A stretch of 62,919 nucleotides of DNA, counting the filler, from Thraustochytrium aureum (lineage: Eukaryota), in assembly GCA_012862495.1 (NCBI GenBank). It is 7 parts of 5 records of this genome, joined end to end, with 100 filler letters (N's around TTAATTAATTAA, not from the genome) between each part and the next. Parts side by side here need not be neighbours in the genome. Positions count along the whole stretch, not along the records: positions 7,827 to 29,854 come from BLSG01000115.1; positions 29,955 to 47,920 come from BLSG01000116.1; 5 more parts are not named here. One strand, 5' to 3'. Positions 22,101 to 33,142 of the stretch are shown here, in pieces; position 1 is the first letter of the stretch, and each line of letters begins with the position of its first letter. A program made the translations under genes and the position numbers. A model generated the notes under the pieces. That model searched no databases. It was not told where the DNA came from and was given only the letters and a program-made list of their open reading frames with translations.

Positions 22101-23466
22101 AGTCCCAGTCGACATTGTAGACGCTGACGCGCTCGCAGTTAAAGATAAAGTACAGCGTCTTGGTCATGCGTTCGACCGTGTCCTCCACGTTGAGCTCCGG
22201 CGAGAAGGCGGTCATGAGGCGCATCATCGCGTCGGCGACGCGCTCCTCGCGGAGCGTGTTGGCTTTCCGCTTGAGCGAGAGCATCGCGTCGTAGTTGTTG
22301 ACGTGCTTGGCAAAACTGCTCACTTCGTCGCTCGAGTGCGTTAGCGCGCTGTTGCTCGTGTCGACGACGGTGTCGTCGCGGTCGATGACTTCGTTGAACA
22401 CGGTCCTGTGCAGGGTGAAGCAGGTGACGTGCGTGACTGCAACGATCGTCGCGCTGCGCAGCTTGTCCGTGAGCAAGGCGCGCTCGCCAAAGTAGTCGCC
22501 CGCAGAGAGCTCGTTGACCATTCTCCCAAAGACGTTGTCCTCCGCGAGCACGCCCTCCTCCGTGTACACGCCGGCTTGGTAGATGCGCACTTTGCCTTCC
22601 TGGATAAGGTAGAACAGGTCGCCGTTCGTGTCCTGCCGGATGATCACCTCCTTGGGCTGAAAGGTCTGGGTCTGCAGGTTGCGCTTGACCTTTTTGAACT
22701 GGTCCTCGTCCAGGTTGTGAAAGATGGGCACGCTGCGCAGGAACGAGTCGGTGGTCACCGTCGGGGCTTTGACGCTCGCGCGCAGGCCCACCCGGCCGAG
22801 CGACGTCTCCAGGTAGCGGGCCACACCGTGCGGGCGCGTCAGCGTCTTCTTGCTAGCGTTATTCGAGCTCTGCCTGACCAAGCCTTTCATCTTTTGGACC
22901 TTTTTCTGGCGCGCCCTCGCCGTCTCGGTCATCTGCTCCTCCATCAGGTCCAGCCGGCTCAGTTCGTCCGTGGCGCCGTGCAAGTAGCTCTGCAGCAGCT
23001 TCGCGCTCGTCTCGAGCGATTCGTACTGCTGCCGCACGTTGTGGTCGTCCAGGCCGAACGGGTCGTCGCGCCGCGCGTCTGGCGGCAGCTTCCACATCGA
23101 GTGGGTCTTGTTGTGCCAAAAGTGCTGTCCCACAGTGGGATCGAACGCCGGCATGAGCGTCGCGGGGCCGTACTTGTTGGCGGCGAGCCGGTCGGGCCCC
23201 AGTCCCAGCGTTTTCTCGTCGTAGGGGAGGACGTAGCACTTGGCAAAGTTCTCCTCTTGGTACCCTTCTGGCTCGGCCCAGGTCGATTCCTGCCAGCGCA
23301 GGTTAAAGTAGTAAAACCTGCCCGACGACAGATCGCGCGCCTTGTGCCACCTGTCCTCGGGCAGGCTCCACACCGACTTGCCCGTCACCACATTATGGTA
23401 AAACGGCAACTTGGACGCACGGTCGATATGCAGCTCCCATACGTCGGGTTTGGTCCCGGTCGTCAT
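19166..23466 (-). CDS. Class I-like phosphoinositide 3-kinase with N-terminal WW, WW, degenerate WW, cNMP-binding and GAF domains, then C2, helical and kinase domains (one gene across gap 21078-21288)
   Basis: WW: WELHID...FYHN..TGKSVWSLP and WHKARD...YYFN...STWAEP. CNB: VIIRQDTNGDLFYLIQEG...GDYFGERALLTDKLRSATIVA. GAF: GIAGH...TRSVLCCP...QLINKRGGAPFSEEDE. The C2 domain is split by the gap (ELRNLPRAARVIF before it, PIGWAGCYLFDF..LRTG after it). Helical: ALPKFL, ALQLLD, YMLQLTQVIKFE. Kinase: [50 protein letters not shown]. Confidence 0.9.
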
Positions 23467-23610
23467 CCTCCGCCTCGCCGATCCCGTCGGCCGCCCTCAC
23501 GCGCTCCACCGCCAGCAGCAGCAGCAGCGGCGGCGCTCCTTCGACCAGGTCGAGCAGCGCCGCGCGCGCCTCCTCAACCCGCCGTGCCCCAAAAAACAAG
23601 CCAAAAAACA

Positions 23611-23731
23611 CGCGCGCGCGCGTGCGTGCGTGCGTGGCTGGCTGGCTGGCTGGCTGCACGAGCCGCTGGAGACCTGCCGCGACGGGGCGTCCGACCAGCT
23701 CCAGCGCGAGCGCGGCACCGCCCACGCGCGT

Positions 23732-23766
<35 letters not shown>
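23611..23766. repeat. Cluster of (CG)n, (GCGT)n, (GGCT)n and (CTGC)n microsatellites upstream of the PI3K gene
   Basis: Directly visible tandem di- and tetranucleotide runs. Confidence 0.9.
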
Positions 23767-24191
23767 GCGAGTGTGCGCGCGAGACCAATTGGGCTCTGCC
23801 CACTCCTTGCCGCGTCTGCGCAGCCGCCGGCGTCGCTCATTCTCTTGTGTATTCAATTGTATTCAATTGCGCTCCATGTGCTGGAGAGACGGTATTCAAT
23901 TGTATTTATTTGTATTCAATTTGTGTTTATTTGTGTCTATTCTCTCGGCGTGCACACGGCTGAGAGTGGAATTTGGGGAACCTACTTGCGCTGGAAGGGG
24001 ATCCGTAGGGAATAAAGGGAACCTGCGCGAGCGCGAAGCCGTCGTCACGATCGTGAATCTGTGGAGTACCGGTACGTACTTGAGTGGAGGGTACTCCACC
24101 GATGTACCGCGCACGGGCCCCTGCTGCCGCGGCCCGGCCATGGCGATCAAGGTTGGTGGAAGATCGCGAGAACGGCTGTGTGGTCGCACGC

Positions 24192-27100
24192 TTATTCTTC
24201 ATCGCCAGCTTCGGGCGAGAAGGTCTCGACCCAACGATTGAAGATCTCGTCCAAGCCAAGCTGCGAGACCGAGTACGAATCGATCTCAAAGTCGCCGAGC
24301 TTGGATTCGATCAACTCAAACATGTCCGCCACCTCGATCGACCTATTGGTGACAGTGAAGGTGAGATTCTGCTTCTGGCGATCGGTGAGGTCAACCTCCG
24401 CAGCGCCCCAAGCTTCCTTCAGCAAGGTATCGATCCGCTCGACGCGGTCCTCGTCGACCCACCAGCGCGAAAACTCCATCCAGGTGCACGACCNNNNNNN
24501 NNNNNNNNNNNNNNNNNNNNNNNNNNNNNNNNNNNNNNNNNNNNNNNNNNNNNNNNNNNNNNNNNNNNNNNNNNNNNNNNNNNNNNNNNNNNNNNTGAGC
24601 GCAAAGGCGATGGTGCTGGACGCAGCCGCCCCGTTCGGCGTCAGGTCTCGGGCCCGCTCAGGCCGGCCAAGCAGCTCGCAGACGTCGGGAAGAATGTCAG
24701 GCGTGACGAGGCCCAGGGCTGCCTCGACGAGCGAGGGCTGCTCGAGGAGCGGCGACTCGCGGCTGAGGCCGAGCTCGACACGAAAGCCGCCCGAGTAGAG
24801 CGACTTGATGTGGTGCTCAGTCCCGATGGCGCGAAGCTTGCCGTCGATGAGCATCGAGATGCGCTGACAGCAAAAGCTCACCTCAGGGAGGGAGTGGCTG
24901 ACGAGGAGCACTGCCGAGCCCGTCTCCTCCGCCGTCTGCGTGATGACTTCCCAGAGGAATCGCTGCGAGGAGGGGTCGACCCCCGAAGAAGGCTCGTCGA
25001 GTATCACGAAGCGCGGGCTGCCGAGCATCGCGATGGCAGCACTTAGCTTGCGCTTATTGCCGCCCGAAAGCTGCGAAGCGATGACGTTTCGGTACTTTGT
25101 AAGGTTGAGGCGTCGGACGCTGGCCTCGACCGCGGCGCTGACGTTGGAGAGGCCGCGAATGTTGGCGTACAGGCGGAGGTGCTCGTTGACCGTCAACAGG
25201 TCAAAGAGCGCGTCAAACTGCGGGCAGTAGCCAAGCACGCTGCGTGCCTTGGCGATCTGCGTGCGGATGCTGTAGCCCGCGATCGTGGCCGTGCCCTTGG
25301 TGGGCCGTGTGTAGCCGGTCAGGCAGGCGATTGTGGTAGACTTGCCGGCCCCGTTCACGCCGAGAAAGCCGAGCACTTCGCCAGGGCGGATGCCAAGGTG
25401 CAAGTTGTCGAGGGCGACCTTGCGCGGATAAGCTTTGCGCATACCGAGAATCTGCACAATGTCGTCCGTCTGGGACAGGACGCGCGACTTCTCCATCTCG
25501 ACGTCGGCGCGGCCGTTCTCGATCATGTCAGCTGCCTGCGAGTCCTGGCGCTGCAACTGCTTATTGAAGCCCTCAGCGCGACGGCGGACGGACTGGGACA
25601 CGGAGCCATCCTCCCAGTCTGCAAGGATCGCGGCACCGTCGCCGAGCGCCATCGCCGTTGGCAGCGAGCCGTCGGGCGAGGCGACAACCAGACTCTCAGC
25701 GACCGGGATGCGGCGCTGGGCCTGGTAGCGGTGCGCTTTGGCGGCCCTGTCGACGGCGCAGCAGCTGCAGAAGAGCTGCTTGAACTTTACTTCGCGGAAA
25801 AAGACGACAATCCAAAACACGAGCGACATGCCCAGCATGTAGCCGCAGGAAATGAACGTGTTGCGGAACGATAGGTGGAAGCGGCCCTCGAGTTCCGAGA
25901 CGTCGTTCGAGTTGAGGAAATCGAAGAGGCGGGCCTGAACCACCGAATCACGCCGCAAGTCGCGCAGCTCGCTCGCCTCCGCCTCGGTGAACAGGTTGGT
26001 GCACAAGAGGTTTTGGTTCCCAGAGAAGGTGGCGCACGAGTTGACGACCTGGGTCTGCAGGCGCAGGAGCCCGTCAGCGACGGCGTACCCTGGAAACACG
26101 CTGAGGATGAAGCGGACGTAGTCGGACATGAGGTCTTGCGTTGTCATGCCGTTCGACCCGTCGCTCAGCGGGATCGGGACCACTTCGAGCACGTAGGTGA
26201 GGCATGACAGCGCCGCCCCCGTCACCAGGTTGAAGACGACAATGCCCACGAGAGCGCGCGCGTGCATCCGGTACCCAAAGCTCATCGCGTAGGCCATCGG
26301 GACAGAGGCAACGACGAAGAACACGACAAGCATCGTCGCCTGCAAAATCCCGGCCTGTTCGAAGGTCAAGCTGCTGACCGGCATTGCGGAGAGCACGATC
26401 GGGAGAGCGGGGACCGGGAGCAGGAGAACAAATTGATCCCAGAGCAGATTCGAGGCCCAAAACTTGAACTTGCTCACGCCGTTCACCAGCTGCTGGAACT
26501 TTGTGTTGCGGTGCTCTTCCTTCTCGAGTACAGCAAACGCGATCACAGAACCACTTCCGAAAAGGAAAGCCAGGAGAATGACCAGTGCGCGGATGAACGC
26601 GTTGACGTAGTCTTCCGCGATTGCGATCTCGCGCACGCCGCAAAAGTTGTTAAAGTTGCCACTGGAGGAAGAGAAAATGAAGGATGCATCCACCGCGGCG
26701 TTCGCTTGGCACAGGTAGAAAGGCGAAGCGCTGTTTGTCGGGTCGCAGCACGCAGCCGCCTCGCACAGCCAGGGGTTCACAAAGCAGTGGCTATACTGTT
26801 GCGTAAAGCAATCGATGCGGGCAAACTCAAGATCCGCCTGGCTGCCCTGAAACTGGACGCATTGAGGGAGCCTCTCGACGCACGCGGCAAACGCCAATTG
26901 GAGCGACTCCGAGGCCCCGTCGCCGGGGTAAGGGCAGCAGGACGCCCCTGCTGTGTTCAACGGCTCGAGCGAAGCGGGCCCTCCCCCAGAGAGCGTGTCG
27001 GCCCAGGCAAACGCGCTTCTCGTGATGCGGGCCTCGCACGCGGCAGTGCCAGAAGGCGCAAATACGCCCGGCGAAGGAAAGATGAGTCCATAGAGCCGGA

Positions 27101-29854
27101 TCGTGGGGACGAGCAGCAAAGCACAGCAAAACAGGATCGGGAGCGCGAGGACAAGAACGCAGGCCCGCGCGTCGCGCTTGGCATAGTGGAACCGCTTCCC
27201 GAGCAGCGCAGTGAATGGGCGTGGGCTCGGCTTGAACGTCTCGATGTATGGTGGCGTGTTGCGGAGGCCGTCGAGGTCGACGCCGTCATTGGCAAACTTT
27301 TCCGCGACGTACAGGAACACCTCCTCCAAGCCGGAGACGGCAATCCCCGTTGAGCAACCTTGTTCGTTCTTGAGGCGGCGCAGAAGCGTAGGGAACCGCT
27401 CCGTGTCCTCGAACGGCAGAGTGTACTCCAACTCGGGCTTGACCTTTACCTTTTTCGCATTCGGGACGAGCCCCGAGACGATCCGGTCGACCGCAGCAGT
27501 GTCACGCGGCGGGCCGCCGTCCGTTTTGTCGCCCACTACGAGGCGGTACCCCGAGCCAAACTTGCGCTTGAGCTCCAGCGCAGTGCCCTCAGCGCAGAGC
27601 TTCCCGTTGGCCATGATGGCGATCTTGTCGCCGAGCATCTCGGCCTCGTCCATGAAGTGCGTGGTGATGATGATTGCGCGCCCCTTGCGGTTGCTCTGGA
27701 GCACGTTCCAAATGCTCCGGCGCGAGTTGGGATCCACCCCGCTGCTGACTTCGTCCAAGTAGACCACGTCCGTGTCCCCGGTGAGGGCCATGGCGAGGCA
27801 GAGCTTGCGTCTCTGGCCCCCGCTGAGCGCCTTGGCGCGCACGTGGAGCTTGTCGAGGATTGCGAGCTCCTTGAGCATCTCGCGCATGGCGGCGATGTCG
27901 AGGCGCTTGTTGCGAAGCGCGGAAAAGAGCTCGAGGTGCTGCATCACGGTCAGCGTGCCGTAGAGGATGTCGTGCTGGGGCACGTAGCCCATCGACCCGC
28001 GGATTTTGTGCATCTCGGTGCGGATGGAGCGCCCGAAAACCTTGACGTCCCCGGAGGTGGGCTGGATCAGCCCGGTGAGACAGCTAAAGGTGGTGCTCTT
28101 CCCCGCCCCGTTGGGGCCGAGGAGCACGCTGATCTGGTTGCGCTCAAAGGTGAGGTCCAGCTCGTCGACGGCGCGGCGGATCTCAATCATGCCATTGATG
28201 CGGTAGTGCTTGCTCATTTTCTCAATTGAGACCTGGTTGAGCGCAGCAGCGACCTCCTCGGCGTCGCCAGCGAGACCGTCGCTACGCCGGCTGGACCCGG
28301 CCTCGCCGGTCGCGATCGACTCTTGCCTCGCCGCGCTTGCCACGCTCACCTCGCTGCCGAGCGATGGGTCGGTCTGTTCGACCTTGTCATTGCCTGCGCC
28401 GGTCCGCGAATTGTAATAGGCCACCAGAGCTCGCCAGCCTCGCTGGATGTACGGGTACGCGGGCATCAACGGAAAGTCCGGGCGTCGCCGCACGCCGTAC
28501 TTTTGCGGGACAACGTGGTCGAGGTACCAAGCAATGGCGAGGTAGAGAAAGCCGTCGAACAGGAGCCAGAGCGAGCACTCGTTGACCTGCAGCAGGAGGT
28601 TGAGGCGGTCGGTGCCGATGATGGCGCCCGCTCGCGCAAAGCCGGAGCCAAGCGAGGCGTCGTCCAGCATGGTGTTCACGCCCAGCGCGAGGCAAACAGG
28701 GCGAGCAGGCAGCCGTCGCGCTGCTCTGCCTTTGTCGGGAGGCCGAGAAAGTAAAACGAGCTGAAGAAGACCAGATAGGCCAAGCAGATGGAGGCAATGG
28801 CGGCCGGCCTGGTGTGCGTAAAGAAGACCGTGACGAAGAACGAGAGCCCTGACATTGCAAAGGTGAACGCGAAGAAGAAGAAGGCGATCTCTGGCACGGG
28901 TTGGTTGGGAAAGATCGCGCCGTAGTGCGTCAGAAAGGCGACGCCGATCACGAGCGGGGTGTACGTGAGAAGGAAGGTGATTATCCAGGAGGCGATGAGT
29001 GGCAAGTCGCCCATTCCGGCCATTCGCATGGCCTCCTTCATGCGGCTCTCCTTTTCGTTGACGAGCGAGACGGTCATCGAGGAGATCGGGTAGGTGAAGA
29101 CGATGAGGAAGAAGAGCCCGCCAAAGGGCCGTAGGTTCTGGTAGATCAGTCGGCGGTTGTCGTCGGGCGTGACCAGGACGACGTCCAGGCCCAGCACCTC
29201 GATGCCGATGTACTCTTCCTGCATCCCGGTGAAGAACAGGAGCACGAAGACGAGCACGCCGACGAGGGCGGCCTCGAAAACTTGCACGCCAAGCGAGGTT
29301 TTCCAGCCTTGCGCCCAGAGGATCACGTTCTTGCGCAACAGCGCTCCAAAGGACCAGTGCCGGAAGCAGATGACCAATACTAGAGTCAGCGCCAGGACGA
29401 GGCCTATGATGAGAAACAGCGGGAGGAACTCGAAGAGTTGGGGGGTGCACTCGTACGTCTCGAAGAGGACGTCGTCCAGGAGAGCTTTGCACTTTGGGTC
29501 GAGCAAGCTCGACTCGCCAAGCTGGCACGCCTGAGCCCCATCGATTGCGGCGCAGCAGGCTTGGCTCGGATTGTCCGGCAGCTCTGGGCAGGGGCTGGCC
29601 ACCTCCGGTGGGCGAAAATCAAACGGGCCGCGAAATGTGTAGAGCACGATCCCGGTACTGTTCAGGCACCTCGCATACGCGGCATCGCGCTGCTCGATCA
29701 CGTCGATGTTAAACTCGTCCTGCGTCGTGACCCCAAAGCAGCTCTGCAGCTGGGCTTCCAGCCCGCCGGCGCCAGCCACCAAGGAGGTCCATCCCCTCCT
29801 GCCGAGCAAGGGCCCGCTGTCCAGCGACAGGCAGGCAGCCAGCCAGGCAACCAA
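24192..29854 (-). CDS. Full-size ABCA-subfamily ABC transporter, 5' end truncated by scaffold end; frameshift near 28700
   Basis: NBD1: GPNGAGKST, LSGGQRRKL, VVYLDE. NBD2: GVNGAGKST, LSGGNKRKL, VILDEP. ABCA motifs LLRKN, EKESRMKEAMRMAGM, ALLGKRFHYAKRD and the C-terminal YSVSQLGLDEIF. ORFs 28676..29854 and 24192..~28700 join if a C-run gains one base (LLA-PVCLALG). Confidence 0.93.
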
Positions 29855-29954
29855 NNNNNNNNNNNNNNNNNNNNNNNNNNNNNNNNNNNNNNNNNNNNTT
29901 AATTAATTAANNNNNNNNNNNNNNNNNNNNNNNNNNNNNNNNNNNNNNNNNNNN
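29855..29954. other. Artificial scaffold-joining spacer
   Basis: N44-TTAATTAATTAA(29899-29910)-N44. Confidence 0.97.
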
Positions 29955-30006
29955 GCCCCGTTGATGAAGTCGAACACGTCGCGCAGGGCTGTCGAGCGGC
30001 GTCAAC

Positions 30007-30693
30007 ATGCCTCTTCACTTGCTGGGCCAAAAGTCGTGGAACGTGTGGAGCGCAGCGAATAGGTCGCGCGTCGCAGAGGACGAGCAACGAAATGAAGCGC
30101 TTGCAACTGCGCGTGAAGAGGCAGCGGTGCATGCCGCGGCGCGAGAACGCGTCGCGAGGCTTCGCGAAGCAGCCGGAGCAGGCTCTGCCGGCAAGGCGCG
30201 CGGAGGCGAAGCCGCAAGCCAAGGTGGAACTGGGTGCGACGATGTCGCCGAACTTGACTCTGGAAAGCGCGAAGCCACCGACAGGCCAAGCGGGAAGCGA
30301 GCGCGCGTGGACCCGCGCAAAGAGTTTGGGGGCCGAGCGGCATCCGAACAACCCTGGTATGCGCGAGCGAGGGCCGATGAGCCAAACGAACGGCAGCAGG
30401 CAGGCGCAGGCAGCTCCGTTCTCGACCCACTCGCAAAAATGAACAGGTACCTTGCAGAAGCGGCGCAAGCACATGCGCTGCGCCAAGGCGGCTCCGGCTC
30501 CAGCGCCCCCCACGACGAGCCGCACCTGCTTATGCAAGCCGCGCGCAAACGCAGGCGCAGCCGCAGCAACGACAGTGCGAGGGATCGCTCGCGCCGCGAC
30601 GCGCGCACAAGCGATGGGGCCAAGGAAAAGCGAAGATCTGGACGAAACAAAACAAACCGCAAGCGGGAGCGGCGGGCGCGCAAGGAGGCCTGA
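30007..30693 (+). CDS. Cir_N-domain protein (LENG1/CBF1-interacting corepressor N-terminal family), basic RS-like tail
   Basis: N-terminal MPLHLLGQKSWNVWSAANRSRVAEDE matches the Cir_N pattern (KSW.V....N..RV..DE); internal PWY and DPL..M..YL motifs; Arg/Lys-rich C-terminus. Confidence 0.75.
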   Translation: MPLHLLGQKSWNVWSAANRSRVAEDEQRNEALATAREEAAVHAAARERVARLREAAGAGSAGKARGGEAASQGGTGCDDVAELDSGKREATDRPSGKRARVDPRKEFGGRAASEQPWYARARADEPNERQQAGAGSSVLDPLAKMNRYLAEAAQAHALRQGGSGSSAPHDEPHLLMQAARKRRRSRSNDSARDRSRRDARTSDGAKEKRRSGRNKTNRKRERRARKEA

Positions 30694-30891
30694 CGCGACA
30701 TAACAGTCGCATCTATCTCCTAGCTAGAGATAGGTCGAAAAACACAGGGGCAGCGCTGTAAATACAAAAGAGCCGGCTTGCACTTTTTTCTCTCGCCATC
30801 ACCGCATGGCGCTGCGAGCGCAGGACTCTGCGGGGTCGCCTCGCACCCGTACAAGGCAACAGCAGAATGGTGGGCGGGCGCAGCGCTCGGT

Positions 30892-32377
30892 TCAACCTCG
30901 ACGCATGCTCTCGCAATCTGGGCACCTGTTGGAGCGCAGCTGCTGACGCAACTTGGCGTTTTCAGCCTCCAGCCTTATCGCCTCGTTCTCCGCAAACTCG
31001 CGAGCCTCCCCGGCAACCTTGAGCTGCGACTGGAGGCGGGCCTTGAGCGCTTCTAGCTCTGCCATCTGCGCCGCATTCGCTGGCCCGCCCGATCCGGGCT
31101 CACTTTGCACAGTCTCGCGGAACCCAGCCTCACGAGAAGCTGCCCGCTCCTGCCGAGCAAGCTCGAACGCGTCCGTTTCGCGGCGCAGCTCTGCCGACCG
31201 CGCGGCCTTGTGAGCTTGGCCGAGCTCTTCCTTGAGCAGCTCGCTCCGCGCCTTCTCGTGGCGCAGCTCGTCCTCAAGGCCGCGCACTTTATCGTTCAAT
31301 GCGGCCACCTTGTTCCTCAGATCGGAGGCAGCCGCTCCTGCGCGAATCTCAGACTCGGTTTCGCGCAAGAGCCGATCGAATAGGCTGTCGCCCGGCGAAG
31401 CAAGGACCTCGTGGCGCAAACCCCCGTTCGCAGCCTCAGAAAACGACCCCGCCCCCACGCGCTGCGAACTCGCCAGGAGAGCGTTCGCCTGTCTCTCGCG
31501 CTCGCGCGCGTCGCGCTCCCGTTGCAGCGCCTCATCGCGTTCAGCCGTGAGCTGCGCTACACGGGCTTCGAGTTTCGAAGAGTTTGCAGAGGACTCGCGC
31601 AAATAGTCTAAAATCACCTGACGCTCCTCTAACAGCTCGCCGACTTGCTCTTGCGTGGTCTTGAGGGCCTGCTCTGCCGCCCGCGCGCTGGCGACCGCCC
31701 GCGCCTTCTCCTTGTCCCGCTTGGCTAGCTCGGCCTCGCTTTTCGCGAGCGCCAGTTCGAGCCGGTGGGTCTCCCGCTGGAACAGGCCCACCTGATACAG
31801 CAAGCCGGTTTTCAAATTGCCGTCAACGCCGAGGTCTTCCGCGCGGTGCTCAAGGGCCCGCGCCAGGACCTCGATCTCGCTCGCTGCGCGGTGCAAGTCC
31901 CTTTCCTGGCAGGCGACGGTCTCTCGAAGCGTTTTCACTTGGTCGTCATCTGCTGCGGACCGCGATTGCCTGTTGCGCGACAGCGCCGCTCGCCTCGGCG
32001 AGCGGCCCTGGGGTTGCTGCGCCGGGTCGCTGGCACGCTCCTCCACGAGAGTGAGCCTGCTGGCAAGACTCGCTCGGCTGCTTGCGGGACCGCTGGCAGC
32101 ACTCGTTGGCCGCTGCGCATCGGCTCTCACCAGCGCTGAACGGAAGCTCCTTGTCGCGGTGCTGCAGCTCGCTCCGTGTGCGCTGCAGCTCGATGCGCGT
32201 GCTTTCCACCTTGCCAGCCGCGTCGGTCAGCTGCGCCCAACAGCAAGCACGCGCCCACCGCGCACTGGGACAGCTCCCACTTACCTTGGCTCGCTCCTTC
32301 TCCCTCGCGCGTTGCAGTTCGAGCACGGTCCTTTCGAGTTCGAGCACCTTCTTCTTCAGCGTCGCCTCGCAGCTCAT
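30892..32377 (-). CDS. Long coiled-coil protein, unknown function (54-nt intron, frameshift near 32141; true start may lie upstream at ~32753)
   Basis: Heptad-rich E/R/L/A sequence throughout. Exon MSCEATLKKKVLELERTVLELQRAREKERAK is spliced to LTDAAGKVESTRIELQRTR, then continues in ORF 30892..32130. Confidence 0.65.
32231..32284 (-). other. Spliceosomal intron (54 nt, GTAAGT...GCAG)
   Basis: Canonical donor AAG|GTAAGT and acceptor CAG|. Its in-frame translation (VSGSCPSARWARACCWAQ) breaks the coiled coil, which is restored on removal. Confidence 0.75.
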
Positions 32378-33142
32378 CCTCACAGCAGGCCCGTGCTCAC
32401 CGCAGCCCGCCGGCCACCGGGCGCCACACAATCCGAAGCGCCTTTCGAGGGCCGCGATCACCGTCGCGCGCCGCGCGTTGGCGGACCGCAGCCCGCCCGA
32501 CCAACGCCGACCGAGATCTCGTCGCACAAAAACCACAACGACCACCCAAGCCGGCCTTTCGAAGGAGCGCCAGAGGCCACACTGGACGCTCGGACGCTCG
32601 CTCAGCCGGGCCCGCGCCGTCTCGAGCCCCAGCGCCGCTGCCGCCGCAGCCTCCCGCGCGCCGCCGCCTCGTTTGGGGTCTGCTCTGGCGACAGTTGCGC
32701 ACGCTGCATCGAGTCTTGGAATCCAGTCCAGATCCGAAAGAACAGTTCCCCCATGTTTCCCCGAATGCGCATTGTTTCCCCGAGACTCCTCTCTGGAGGT
32801 AGAAGAGCAAAATATAGTTTCCCCGGGAGGCCGCTCTGCGCTGCTGCAGGTAGTTTCACCGATAGAACAGCTGTGAGCAAGGGCGTAGTTTAGCCGACAG
32901 GCGGGTTTTGGAAGGAGGAACAGAGAAGAGGTTCCACGGTTGTTCCACCGGTTTGCGGCAGACCCCCAAGACGCGGGGCGCGCGGCACTCGCTTGCTTGC
33001 TCGCTTGCGTGGTTGCTCGCTTGCGTGGCTGCGTGGTTGCGTGCGTGCTTGCTTGGCCGCCCGTCGCGCGAGCCATCCATCCATCGTGCTGGCCAGCGGT
33101 CGGGCAGGCGATCGTGGCGCGATCAGATCCACCCTCAACGCC

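Noticed and set aside
22408..24015. Numerous long antisense/alternate-frame ORFs overlapping real genes (here and throughout)
   Set aside because: Expected shadow ORFs in GC-rich coding DNA with strong GC3 bias; no recognisable motifs.
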